The notes below the pieces were generated by a model. The model was not told the DNA's origin and did not search any database. It saw nothing but the letters and a program-made list of their open reading frames with translations. From assembly GCA_964016885.1 (NCBI GenBank), contig OZ024743.1:335048001-335112000 (forward strand): a DNA stretch of 64,000 nucleotides, given 5' to 3'. Every line of letters starts with the position of its first letter. The stretch's first letter is position 1. Made by a program: the position numbers and the translations under genes. Of the stretch, positions 1 to 13,227 are shown in pieces. This DNA comes from Eledone cirrhosa (lineage: Eukaryota).

Positions 1-434
1 ACAGTCACTAAAACTAAATCAGAAATAAGGATGAACCATCTATAATAGATCACCACATGGTTTTAGAATTGGTTTAGAATTTTTTTTCTCAATGTACTTT
101 ACTGGAAAACAACATTTTCCTTGATGCGGTGCATTTTAAATAAAATTGCTTAATAATGAATGCATCATATGATAGATTAGTATATAAACACAAAAAAATA
201 TAATATTACACCCGTGACTTAAAAGTCTTAAAACGCTTGCACGCTAGATGGACGTATCAACAAGATCATCTATACAAGGATTTAAGCGGCCTGTTATTTG
301 CAGCCTAAAAGCTTTTATCTGGATGTTTCCGGTTTTATCCAATACATCATATCATAGGACCGTGGAACACCCTTGACTTTTCAATGTAATAATAAATAGA
401 TTCTATTTGCCAATCCATATTCGTCCTGCAAACA

Positions 435-515
435 TGTGTGTGTGTGTATATATACATATATGTGTGTGTGTGCGTAAAAGGTAAACAGAAATAACAAAAC
501 AAACGATACAGTACA

Positions 516-552
<37 letters not shown>
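435..552. repeat. (TG)n/(TA)n microsatellites
   Basis: Visible dinucleotide runs. Confidence 0.9.
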
Positions 553-556
<4 letters not shown>

Positions 557-1237
557 ACGTAAATTTATTATTATTACGCTGTTAACATGTTATATAATTA
601 TGTACGAATTCGGTAGGTAGCACACCCAGTAGACCGCCAGACAAAATTCTTTATATTGTTTAGTTATGTCCGTTTCCGAACAGAGTTCAAATTCGTCATA
701 TGTCGTAATTACTAAGATTCTATCCAAATCAACCGTCTGATGTAATGACATTTCTGGTATTACGTATATGCTAAAGTACATAGTTATTACTGTAAAGTAT
801 CTAATTGTTTTATGCTTTGTAAATTATAAAATATTGCTAATTGAGACTTTTTTCATCTCATGATTGTTTGATTAAATTTATCATCTAATTTCCAAATTAA
901 TGATATAGTGTAAGGGAGAGATTGAGTTTTCTTGTTAATCAGTTGAAATAAATTATCGCCTACATTGTTTCTTCATTTGTATATCTCGTTACACACGCTA
1001 TAATTTCTGTTCATTTGATTAAACCAATCTGCTCACCGTGTAATCAGCTTCTTATTTTTGTATATCTTTGTCTTTAGCTAATTATTATTGTTACAACTTC
1101 TATAGTTCGTTTCTAGCTAAAGCACCATAAGAAGCGTTTGAAATATAGCAAAATAACATGTTATGTAGGATGCAGTATTAAATATCATTGTTCAAAGTTC
1201 TTGTCTAGCTGTGGAGATTGTTTCAAAACTTAATAAC

Positions 1238-1330
1238 GCAGCCTGGCCAAATGGTTAATACGTTTGCTTCGCAACCATTAGATCATCGGTTTGATCCCTC
1301 TACGCGACATCTTGGGCAAGTGTCATTTAC
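1238..1330 (+). mobile_element. tRNA-derived SINE head (family B)
   Basis: A-box-like TGGCCAAATGG and B-box-like GGTTTGATCCC followed by CTTGGGCAAGTG; similar to heads at 21868 and 60500. Confidence 0.55.
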
Positions 1331-1369
1331 AATCAATTCAAATCCCTTGTCTTGGGATTGTTTGAAAGA

Positions 1370-1940
1370 ACGCTTTATTGTTTTGGCTCTTTAAAAATCT
1401 TCGTTCAAATCCTACAGAGATTAAGTTTGCTTTTCATTTTTTCGTCGTCAATAAAATAATGTACTGAGGTAGATTTAATCGACTTTCCACTCCCCCCAAA
1501 TTGTTGACCTTGCGCCTAAATCAGGAACCAATATTGAGGGTGGTAGATTGACAGAAACGTTAGAGCTTTGGGTAACATGCTTTGTTTCATTTGTTTGTGC
1601 TCTCTACGTTCTGAGTTCAAATCCCAGGGAGGTTAGATTTGCCTTTCATACTTACGGAGTCAATAAAATAAATTATCAGTAACGCATTGGGGTCGATATA
1701 ATTGACTTTCCCCTCTCCCCAAATTGCTGGCCTTTCTTACTATAAGAAAAAAATCATTAAGGGGGTGGATTAGCAGTATCGGTAGAGCGTCGGACAAAAT
1801 GCTTCGTGGCATAGAGTTACGACCCTTTACATGTTGAGTTCACCATCCCGTCGGAGTCGATAAATAAAGTACCAGTAACACACTGGGGTCGATTTAATCG
1901 ACTTTCCCTTCCCGCCCCAAACACTTGCTGATTTTCTTTT
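1370..1940 (+). mobile_element. Three tandem copies of SINE family A
   Basis: Repeated GAGTTCAAATCC...TTTGCCTTTCAT...ATAAAATAAAGTACCAG...CTGGGGTCGATTTAATCGACT...CCCCAAATTG motif, also found about 10 times elsewhere in the window. Confidence 0.8.
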
Positions 1941-2269
1941 TATAACACAACGATAAATACAGTCACCTATGCGCATTTTGCCAAACGAAAATATTGAAAA
2001 TGTTATGAGTTTCTTTAATAAGAATAGAAGACCTTTTATAACCTGGTGGTTATTGACTTGTAAGGAATAAAGTAATAAATGGAGATTTGCCGACATTGTA
2101 TCACAAAGAAAGGAAAATCTTGCTTGAGGAACCTTTCCAAGAGGGATTAAGGAGAAAAGTGACATACATTTATAGTGTACTGGTCATTGACAAGGACAAG
2201 GTACAGCAACGTTTCTTCCTGTTTTTTTAACACTTACAGAGACAAGTTAATGATCCATATTTACCTGTA

Positions 2270-2575
2270 GGTTCATGCTATAATACATGAAGGACTCTCT
2301 AGCCAAAAATATGTCTCAAGCTCGTCAGGCCAGTGCTTATCCCGGTTTCCTGGCGTTAAGCGACGGAGAGCACAAGATCTCCCCTGATCGAAACGTCTGT
2401 CCGACGCAGGGTCAAACTCCTTGCTATTGCTGGTATCTCTCTTTAGCTGAATATACTGCACCAATGTGAAATGAAGTGTTTTGCTCATGAACATAAGACA
2501 CGAGCCACCCTAGGAATCGAAACCACAACATTATGATCGTAAAGCCAACCGCCTTACCTCTAAGCTTCGCGCCTC
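2270..2575 (-). mobile_element. tRNA-derived SINE (family B)
   Basis: GTGAAATGAAGTGTTTTGCTCA...GGAATCGAAACCAC (reverse B-box); homologous to 43760-44022. Confidence 0.75.
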
Positions 2576-5500
2576 TGCTATATGGGCAAAATGTGTATCA
2601 CGAAAAAAGGCATCTGGTTAGAAGGAGCTAATATAAAATGTCATAACTGTCCTCCAAAATACACTAAGATATTCCGAATGTTTGCCCTGGGTAAGGTCCT
2701 TGGTTCCTCTGACCCAATCTAGATGGTAGATTTACTCGTGCCATTTTTTCTTGTTTTTCTTTAATGTCTAATTTCAAATTGTGTTGTTTTTTTTAATATA
2801 ATTACTATTTGCAATGTGTATCTAATTTATGTCAAATGTATAACATTTAATTATTTAGTGAATAATTCTTTGATCCAAACGTTATTTTTATATAACTTTG
2901 TTTGTCCATATTCCCATGCTTGTAACCTCTAAATCAATGTTTTTCCTGTTGGTGTTGATGATTCGTTTGATGTTTTTGTCTTTTATATAGCAGCAGTATT
3001 TGTAATTGCTTGGTAATGCTTCGAAGCAGTTATTGAATTAACGTGAAACCATATTCCAAATGGAATACAAATTGATTTATCAAATTTGCGCAAAGTACAA
3101 TACTCATAAAAAAGTTATCCCTCAGGAGTTTCCAATATAAAGTGAATTCAGATCGAAGTCATCAAAAATTTCAAATGTTTCCAATGCCTTTTATGTCAAG
3201 CATTGTATATTTTTAATAACGTTTTTGCCGACAGAAATATCATTGGTTTCCCTGCATTATACCGTCTTACTGAAACATTCTGTTGGTTTTTCTATAATCT
3301 TTGGACATTAAACCACCAAAGCTCTTTTTTAATATCAAATACATTAGCGCTTGCACTATTATATTCAATACATTTTTTACAGATTTACAGATAGCTGATG
3401 TTACGACTGAGGATCAACAATTTTAACAGAATAAGTATCTCGTATATATTCCAAACATATGACATATATATAACTGTTATATTGGCATTTTGTAATACCT
3501 TATTTGCCAGCCATTGCGTATGTCTTCTTTGCCCACTTATTACAGGGACGATCGTTATTACAAACACGCCTTCTAGCGACTCCTGTCTGAAGCAATTGTT
3601 TCCTATTGATCAAGCTAGATTCCCAAGCGAGAGCAGCCACGCTCATGGATACTATCCAACCATCTTGCTCGGAGTCTGCCCTTGGATCGCCTATCAGTTG
3701 GGTTTGCCCGTAAAATCTGTCCAGCGATTCATTCCTGAGACATTCTAACCACACTTCCGTAATATCGAAACTATGATCTCTCATTCAGAGAAGTAGCGAC
3801 TCGCTGATATCTGAGCTAAGTCTTCTATCGACTAACATAATCCCATTTTGGATGCTTGTATTAGCGAGCGTATTCTGTCGGTCATCACCCAAGATTTATG
3901 AACATAGGTAAGAATTGGCACGAATACTGAAATAAAGAAAATGAGTTTGACTTTTACACTTACCCCCTTCTTCTGATGACCGAATGCATTTCTCGTAATT
4001 AAATTCCATTAGAAACAAACATAATGAACACGTTTTAATTAGGTATTGTTATTTCTTAACTTTCTTCGTGTTACAGGTTCAAGGTATAAGTTTCTAAATT
4101 TTGAATTACTTTGTTTTTAATAACCTGAGCATATAATAAACTGACCCGTTGATTTGAGTCCAAAGTAATAGAGACTATGTATATGAGGAATAATTTGCTA
4201 CATAATTTCCTACAAATCAAAAGTATTGCTAATCTCTATATTAAATAGCAGAAAGTTTGAAATGGATATTTTACATATTATTATATAGCAGAAACGTGGC
4301 CGTGTGCCAAAAGTAGAAACAATTATATGGCAGAAACTATGATAATTTTCAAAAATTCGATAGTATTTTAACTATGTTTGAGAAAACAGCGTCAAAACTT
4401 ATATAGTCCTACTGGGGTAATGTACGAAGAGGCCAAATAAGATAACATATGAGAGGGCTGCTTCCTGAAGCGTTAATATAATTTGACTGTGATTGCCAGT
4501 TTCTGAGAAAGACAGTTGTAAATCGCTTTACTTTATCTAACTGTGACTTTCACTATTCTGGCATAAAGAAGGTTACCTAAGATACATCTTTTCTTTAGTG
4601 CACAATAAAATCGTCAAGCACTTAAAACACAAAAGAACGCAGTTAAACAGGTCCTATGTACGACTCATAGCTATTGGTAAAGAGATTAACAATATACCTT
4701 ATTGTGATATTGTCTAATCTCAAATGTAACATTATTATTCACGATGTTTATGAGTGTCATAATCTCCATCAACAATAATTATTTGTAGAAATTGATTAAT
4801 ACGGCTGTTATATGATATGAACATGATGTCATAATAAGCTGTCGTTGAGATAATTCTTACTTGAGAATAATACAATTAAATTTGAAGTTTCAGAATCTAT
4901 GAATTCTCTATAATATGAAACGATGATGTACTTGCCGATAGCCATTAATCTTACTATCAAGAGAAGAGAGACATATTGATGAGATTTGTATGGTTACAAT
5001 GAATGCATGAATGCGTAATGTTAAAATGTTATATTAGTGTAAGTATTCTGATTCAGGTTATTAGACGAGTGAGAATTAGTCGCTGCCCTTCGCTGAGTGC
5101 ATATTAGAATTTGCAGCATTATCACTGCAATGTAGGCTGCATTTATATTGTGAATATACTTTCGTATTTTGCATTAACGCCACCATCGTCATTATTAATA
5201 TCATTCAGTAATATCTTCTAATTCAGTATTTTACGAGGTATTTTTATTTTTTGTATGCAGATATACCAGTTCAGCTATGTTGAAAAGCTTCCATAAATGT
5301 GATATACCCTTGAGGTTGGCACTATCATAAGTAGGGTTAGAAAGATTCTTTTGGAAGAAGGAAACGAGAGCTAACTGACCGGAAATGACGGCAAGTTCAC
5401 AGCTGAGATTTTGCCAGCAGACAAGCTTAGTGATATGGAAATGTTTTAATTGCTTGAACACCAGGGTTGGTATACCAAATTTACATTTAATACATGGAGA

Positions 5501-6699
5501 TATAACTTCTTCAATGACATAATAAGTGACTGTGGCACAGAACCACAAATTATGGCAAATCTGTTTACATTCAAATATACAATAATCATGCGAAATGTAA
5601 AGACATGTCAAATATAGACTTAGTAGTTGCTCATTTGCCTCTCTTATATTTGACTAAATTAGTTTTTTTTTAACCACAAGACCAAGCATAACTTAATGGC
5701 GGAACAATCAGACCCAACTCCAGAAGAAGAAGAGGCAAATAATATGCCACAGAGCATGTTGTCCGATGCTCTAATAATTCTGCCAACCCACTGGCAAAGA
5801 CTGGATTAATGATACACTCAAATTAGTATTATAAACATATGGTCGTTGTTCTCATTTCAAACATAAAAAAAATTTACACTGAAATAATCATAATCCACCT
5901 ACCTGTAAAATAGTTACAGTAACTTAGTAAGTAGAACCCTCTACAGGTTGCGACAGCATTACATCGCTAGTATACAACGCTGAAATCAACCTTTTTCAGT
6001 TGTTCAACTTCAAGATGGCTGAGTTCCATTAACCTTACTTGCACTAGATTCTGTATATAAGCTTAAGTGTACGTAATCATTTATTCCTCTTCCATATAAC
6101 TCTTTACAACACGCGCCAAAAGGAAAGTCAACACAATGTCCCGAGTTCCAATAAATACCAACTAAATCTCTTTTAAATAACAAATATACAACAACCAAAC
6201 AAAAGATAAACGACCAAAGGACAAACTGTGCAGAAAAGAGGAAATAGTCCCGAATGAAATTCTTTCGATTATAGGTATGTTTGAAAATAGATCATTCTGA
6301 GCTAGACAACAACAGCAACAACTGCGTACACAATCGGATGAAGTTTCTTGAAGTGTTTGGTACTAGAAACAATGGTAAAGAAATAAAACAAGATTTGCAA
6401 AACCAACCTGTTCTGAATTTCAGAAATTAGATATCGTTCAGGACTTCAGTTTTTTTGTTAAGGACTAAGAGGACCCTAATTAGAGAATACTTCAATAATT
6501 TGTCCATCAGCAGAATCAATAATTCAAAGAAAAAGTGGTTGGTACGAGTGCGCATTCAGTCAAAAGTAGTTTGGCATCTTATTCCTATAACAACTCAGAA
6601 ATAAACGAAATAGAACAATTTTTATCGATCGAAAAAATCCCAGGCCTCATTCACTTACCAGGTGGACTGAATCTAATCAAATTGGACCAAATAAACAAT

Positions 6700-6870
6700 G
6701 ATTTCATTGGTCATTTCATTGCTGATACTACCAACCAGTTGCAACTCCTGGCAGAAAGAACAACGTGAAATAAAGTGTCTTACTGAAGAACATAATGCAT
6801 CGTCCAGTCCGGAATCGAACTTGTAAACTCACGATTGCTAAACTAATTCTCTAAGCCACGCACCTTCACT
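6700..6870 (-). mobile_element. SINE family B fragment
   Basis: CAACGTGAAATAAAGTGTCTT...CCGGAATCGAAC...CCACGCACCTT. Confidence 0.7.
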
Positions 6871-7989
6871 AAAACTTTACCTAGTGAAACGCAGGTCTTT
6901 TATCATTGAACATAGACAAACTAGAATCAAGTAAACAAAATTTACTTCTTTGTGTATTTTAATACTATTCTTATTTTCACATACTTTTTGCTTTAGAGGA
7001 TCATCGAAATATTATATCAGATATTTTTAGTGAAAAGAAAATTGTTAACTTCTAAGAGTCAATACTGATGGACGCCTTGTGATATTGAATGAAAGTGGAA
7101 AATATTCACTGCAATATTATTCGTCCAGAGAATTGGACACTGTTATTATTAGTAGTAGTAGTTGACTGGCCTTGTACCAAAAGTAGAAACAATTATTAGT
7201 AGTAGTTGTAGTATTATTTTATTTCTTAAATTTTATTGTTTTTATTATTATTGTTATTGTTGTTATTGATTTATTATGCATGGTGTACGTACGATGTCTC
7301 CGTCGGAGTACATTATATAAATATACTTGTGTTGAACAATAAAAATCAAACATTGAAAAGATAACGAGCTTGACGCCTATTCAATGAATTAGAACATCAC
7401 TGGATGTACTAAAAGCATGTCTGGAGATTATGCTTATCTCTAGCATGACAAAGGTTGGTTTAGATACATGATTTTAGCGAGAGAAAAGATAAAAAAACAT
7501 TGAGACAAACATAGAGATACAAGATAAAAGAAAAGAAACAAAAAAATATAATAGTACTTGCTTTTGTCGTTATTCATATTGCTGAGCTCTAGATCAGAAT
7601 TGATCATGCTAACATAAGCTTCCCATCACTTGATTAAGCACATATCGCAGCCTCACGTCGATCAAAGAGTTATGATTGACATTTATTAAACTGGAAGCCA
7701 GTCGTAGAGAAAATACGTCTAAAGACTCTCTCTAGTTGGGCGGCTGATCAATCTGTTGCTTCTCCCAGTGTCTGTGAATAGACTACTAAGGGTACACGAT
7801 TCCCTCCTCTATGACAGGACACCAGTCAATCACAGGTTTAAATTGGTTCAAACAAAGACGGAATAACTAAAATCATAATTACATTTGTGTTTAAATAAAA
7901 TTACGCAAATGCACGCGCACGCACAGACACACATATGATTATTTAAAAATAGATATAGAATTTTATTTGTTAATAATTCTGCCTTATGT

Positions 7990-8470
7990 AAAAGGGTGGT
8001 GGGCGTAAAAGCCAAACTCGTTATTCTGAATTAGGTATTCGTGCGAACCTTTACAAGAATCTTGGGTAATGACCGAAAGAATACGATCGCGATACAGGCG
8101 GCCGAAATCAGGTTCTTCCGAACGGTCTTTGGAGTAGGGTTACTCAATAGAGTGCGTAGGTCGGAGATAAAAGAGTTACTCCAGGTAAAGCCATTATTTC
8201 TTCGAATTGAGAAATCACAGCTCTGATATTATGGGTATATGGTGTGGATGTCTCAGAAAAGAATCACTAGACAGATTTTAGGGTTAAAACTAACCAGCAG
8301 GAGACTCAGGGGTAGACCTAGAGGAAGATGATTTGATACATCAATGAGATTGGCTGGTCTTGCTTGGAGATCCAGTCAGATCAGTTGGAGACGGTTACTT
8401 CTAAGAGGATCCGCCGGAAGAAGTGTTTGAGGACTCTGCCCCAACGAGCCTCACAGGCAGAAGAAGAAGA
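7990..8470 (+). mobile_element. RTE-clade LINE 3' fragment (decayed)
   Basis: IQAAEIRFFRTVFGV...EIKELLQV...IEKSQL*YYG...RLRGRPRGR, the typical RTE C-terminus; homologous to 32790-33400. Confidence 0.8.
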
Positions 8471-9539
8471 TCTATACTGTGAGTATGTGTATGGGTGTGC
8501 GGAAGTAGGTGTGCGTGTATACATACATGTGTGTGCGTACGAATTAATAAATATTTCGTCCATACATTTAAAAAGGTACATATAGTTACATATTATTTTG
8601 CAGTGATATTCTATTAGTCATTAGACGTCAGGTGATAAGATATGTATTATCTAATATTGAATATACATGTATAAAAAAGAAAAAAACGTACTTCCCATAT
8701 CGGACAAAGGAAACTACGTTTATATTAGCCTGTGATACTATCTATCGATTGTACAAAAAGGTAAAGGAAACAAATTACGTAGCCGATCTCTCGGACTTAA
8801 AGCGCTGGGAATATAAAGTTAACATAAAGAATATGTTCATGTAATGAGAGTCTATAAAATAGCAAATAAAATAGGGAAATGACAAAAGACAAAAAAGAAG
8901 TTGATCATCGCGGCCGTTAGCGACTTCTTTTTCCGTGATTTAAGGGTCTTCGTCCGATTTCATAAGCATCTCTGCGCATGAGCATATCATTGTTTATCAT
9001 AAAGAAACAGTTTCCTATGTCTTATATGCTCCAGGTCAGACATATTTGGATTTAAGTGATAAACGCATGTACAATACATTTGCTATTCTTTTCCTCTACA
9101 TAGTATGCCGAAGTGAGATGCATTAACATGATAACTGGTACTATTTCGACTGCCGCATTTAAATAAGAGTAACCTAAAATAAATGTCTGACATTTTATTC
9201 GAGATAATATAGAAAATTTGGCGATTAAAGTTAAAGACCTGTTTTGGGCTCTAAAGGACGGTTATCCTGCGTCGGATGCCACTCCAGTATTTCTATAACC
9301 GAGGGACATATATAAATACACTCATATACATATATACATAACACGTAATCAGGCACACATGCACACACACATATATATGTAAACATATACATTCATATAA
9401 GCACCACATACACATAAACAATATATATATCCACATATGGGCCAACAATTGGATGGCCGTTGACTCATAGTTCTTTCGAAATAAATGACTGTAAAAATGT
9501 TTTAAACATTTCTCCATACTCTTTAGATAGCGAGTCAGA

Positions 9540-10010
9540 GAACACATAAAGATGGACAACTGGCGTTGCACACGAGGTCCGAACGCAGAAGAGCCGAACT
9601 CCCACTGTCATCGCCGCCATCTCTCTGTATTATGAGAAAATGGGGTCCCACGTGCTGGCCGCCCCACAGCCCCGGTGGAAAAATGGAGAAGTGGTTTACC
9701 CGAGGATGGTAAGGGAGATACGCTGGAAGAGCCATTCCATCTCGCGAGGCTTACGCCTTCGGCCAACCAGCTCAGCACTTATGGTGGTAAGTAGGGAGGA
9801 ATCCCTAGGGCCAAGGATACCAGACGTTTCCACTGCTAGGGGTTCGACTGCAAACCTGTCGTAGAGTGACCGATACTTGGAGAGTTTACCGTCCTCAGTT
9901 CGAAGTGCAGCAGTACCTGGGTTAGTCGCAGATTGCACCAGGTTGCGGCTGGAGAATGTGCCGCTGCAAGTGGCATCTCACACGAGGGGTTTGCCACCGC
10001 GCCTTTGACA
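9540..10010 (-). mobile_element. CRE-like (restriction-like endonuclease) non-LTR retrotransposon 3' fragment
   Basis: GKPLV*DATC...EDGKLSKY...EPLAVETSG..G...WLFQRISL motifs; 3' UTR shared with the 36955 copy. Confidence 0.8.
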
Positions 10011-10617
10011 TTTCTTGTTTTCAAACTCCATGATGTACATAAAAGCATATACTATATATTTATATCCAATAAACATACGAATTAGGTTATCAAAGACTAA
10101 AACCACTTTCATTGTGGCTACACCTTGGTTTTGAAGAATTTCAAATCAAGACAGAAAGCTATTGGTTCAGTATTCGCTTTCACAAAAACTCTTTTAAAAT
10201 AATTTGTATTTTCCCGATATTTCTGTTAAAACGACATTTCACAGGTTTTCTATAATGTTTATATCCATCCATATCATCCATGCTTAGTTGCAACACATCT
10301 ATCTTTTTGCTTTTGATATATGTGTCGTCATTGTCAACTACTACTTTTAAAATCACAGCTTCCTTAACTCATGCATGAAGCAATTATGGCGTAGCGTTAC
10401 TTAGAAACAGGATTGTGTAACCTGTTTCCTTTGAAATATCGTCTTTTATTTTTCGGATGGAAATTTTTAGAGCTTTCTTACACATATAGCAGCGGAAACA
10501 TATATCATTAAGTAGAATTAACATACACATTATCTAAACATAAAACTAACGTTTCAATTAAAAGGGTTCCTTTGAAGATAACATTTTGTAACTTAATCGA
10601 TATGTATACACACAAAG

Positions 10618-10619
<2 letters not shown>

Positions 10620-10680
<61 letters not shown>

Positions 10681-10780
10681 GTGTGTGTATGTATGTATGT
10701 ATGTATGTATGTATGTATGTATGTATGTATGCATATACGTATATATGTATTTGTGTGTGTATGTATGAACATATGTATTA
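10620..10780. repeat. (TA)n + (TATG)n microsatellite
   Basis: Visible runs. Confidence 0.95.
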
Positions 10781-10919
10781 TATCTTAGTGAAAACACGAC
10801 TGTGTTCCAAGTTGATCATTTTTATTAAATATTTTTTCTTCTTTTCAGATGAGATATGTCTGCTTAGTTTGATACAGTTGTGTTCCTGAATCCATGTGTG
10901 TATTAATGTTTCGATAAAG

Positions 10920-11072
10920 AATCGACCCCAGTACTAGAATCAAACTTTTTTTAATCAACCTCGAAAGAACGAAACACAAAGTTAACCTCGGCATTTGAAC
11001 TCAGAGAGTAAAGAGCCGGAACGAATAGCCACAAATCTTCCTATCTGACGTTCTAACGTTTCTGCCAACCTC
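10920..11072 (-). mobile_element. SINE family A
   Basis: ATCGACCCCAGTAC...AAAGTTAACCTCGGC...TTTGAACTCAG. Confidence 0.75.
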
Positions 11073-11744
11073 CAGGAACACTCACCTTCTATAAAACCTT
11101 CAATAATAAAACAGCTCTCAAATAAAAATCCCGTAGGCCACCTAGGATGGTTCCTCTCAAACCTTATTCCATTTCCCCTTCTAGCATAACACTCCGTATA
11201 ATAAGTAATCTTAAATATTTTATAAACATTTTGCCCCCATTAACCCTCTATCTCGCACTACATAACACATAAGATAACTCCCTTTACTTGCCATTGTGAC
11301 TCAAAACAGCACGAATGATTACTTCTGTTTACACACACTTCACTACATTACTAACCCCTAATTAGTATCCCTATTTATTATATAAGGAGAAATAAACGAA
11401 TACATCCTTTCCTAGATGGCCGAACTGAGCATTTGACTAAGTCAAATTGATGAAGTTCAACTTTACATTGCCAACTTGACATGTGTTGATGAAATAAATA
11501 ACTGTATAACACAACTGGTCCCACCATGGAGTTCTCTATCAACTTTGATATTTATTACCAAATTCAGGTACATTATGTATGCATGGTTCTGCAAATACAG
11601 AGGGAGTTGTCGGGGCACCATAGTGACATGAAGCGTCTCTTTGGCATTTTAAATCCTAGCGGAGCCCATCCCTCTCCTTGTTTGAATACAGCAGATTTCG
11701 TCCAGAGAAGGAGAGCGAGTGAGAAAATTGAAATGAGAAAGAGA

Positions 11745-11915
11745 TGTAATGGAAGAATCGACCCCGGTACTAGACTATTACATTTTTTTGTCAACCTCGA
11801 ATGGATGAGAGGCAGGGGTTGACCACGACGAGAATTAAACTCAGAGAGTAGAAAGCCGAAACGAATACCTGAAAGCATTCTATCCAACGTTTTCACAATT
11901 TTGCCAATTCGGCAT
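11745..11915 (-). mobile_element. SINE family A
   Basis: ATCGACCCCGGTAC...AACTCAGAGAGTAGAAAGCCG. Confidence 0.75.
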
Positions 11916-12405
11916 TTCAGTTAACACTATTCTCATATATATATGTCTGTGCGTGTGTGTGTATAGATATAATATCTACGAAAGCGTGTGTATACAACAC
12001 ACAAATGCCAATAATCCGTATACCAATTGTTTAAAATTTCTACAAAAATCTTTGTATAAGTGGCCCAAACGATTTCAAAGAATATTACTTCATAATAATA
12101 TCAAAAGTCCTTTCATGGTGACTATAGGTTTGTTCACTACTGTATCATGTATTGTTATCAGTTTCTGTCTAATCTATTATTATTTAACTCGTAACTGCCA
12201 CAGACTTTCAATAACAACATTTGAATCGAAAGCACAACATTGTGCAGCCTAGGAGTTATTGATCCAGAGGTGACAGGGCTTTCGCGACGCGATAAAATGT
12301 AGAAATATTAAATACACGCAATAAGATAAATGAGAGTAGTTATACTTTTAGTTTCTCGTTATGAGAGATTGTTTGTTTACGTTATCTATAATGGTTAACT
12401 AATAC

Positions 12406-12407
<2 letters not shown>

Positions 12408-12476
<69 letters not shown>

Positions 12477-12605
12477 TACACCTCCACTTATTCTCTCTCA
12501 CACACACACATACACACACAAAGACCAGTTCTAACACGAGAGAACATCTATCCCCCACATTTACGTATAGACATATCTTCTCACACTCACACACACACAC
12601 ACATG
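12408..12605. repeat. (CA)n microsatellite region
   Basis: Visible runs. Confidence 0.95.
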
Positions 12606-13049
12606 CTTACACATTCGCGCATTCTCCCACACACTTAAACAGACATGTACAAAAAAAAAACCTTTTAAAGGGAGACTACTCTTTTTCCACCTAACCTTAA
12701 CTCTTTGACATTAGAGATAGAACAGATACTCTATACCATTTCCTGTCAGCATGACTTGGTAATCTATTTAGAACACTGGTTGAACCGCTTTACTTCCCTC
12801 CGAAGAAGAGATATTATCTCGAAAATTAAGGACATTTAAATAAATCTAAGGTAAAAGACTAATTGTCAACAATATCTTTTGCATTCGCATTTTTTATTCT
12901 ATGTCCATACCTGCATTGTTTGGCTTTACAAATTCAAACGTTTATATATATATATATATACACATATATATATATACATATATATATATGTATACATATA
13001 TATATATACATATATATCTACATATCTGTCTATATATATATATATTTAT

Positions 13050-13165
13050 TACAATAACAGATTAAAGTTTAAGCACAGAATCGCTGCTTTCACCCTTAAC
13101 GGGATCTTCTGATCTTTATCATTATCGAGCCCTCTTTGGATTTTAGTCTTCAAATTTATTATTAT

Positions 13166-13170
<5 letters not shown>
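13050..13170. mobile_element. PLE-type terminal fragment, CAGAAGA-hammerhead family (minus-strand ribozyme part joined to plus-strand tail)
   Basis: Matches 19560-19630 and 20260-20310; flanked by (TA)n. Confidence 0.7.

Positions 13171-13225
<55 letters not shown>

Positions 13226-13227
<2 letters not shown>

Noticed and set aside
660-710. Hammerhead-like ATGACGA...GAAAC on the minus strand
   Set aside because: Core position 3 is wrong and there is no convincing stem I or NUH site
3973-4030. CTGATGA...GAAAC on the plus strand
   Set aside because: Stems I-III pair poorly; chance match or too decayed to call
4060-4092. Possible 7-nt microexon (TTACAG|GTTCAAG|GTATAAG), and an acceptor-like site at 10848
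   Set aside because: Splice-like motifs are common in AT-rich DNA; no coding context or partner exons
5262-5340. FHKCDIPLRLALS resembling the PLE RT motif K.HK..PLRPI.S
   Set aside because: Too short and degenerate to support without a database search
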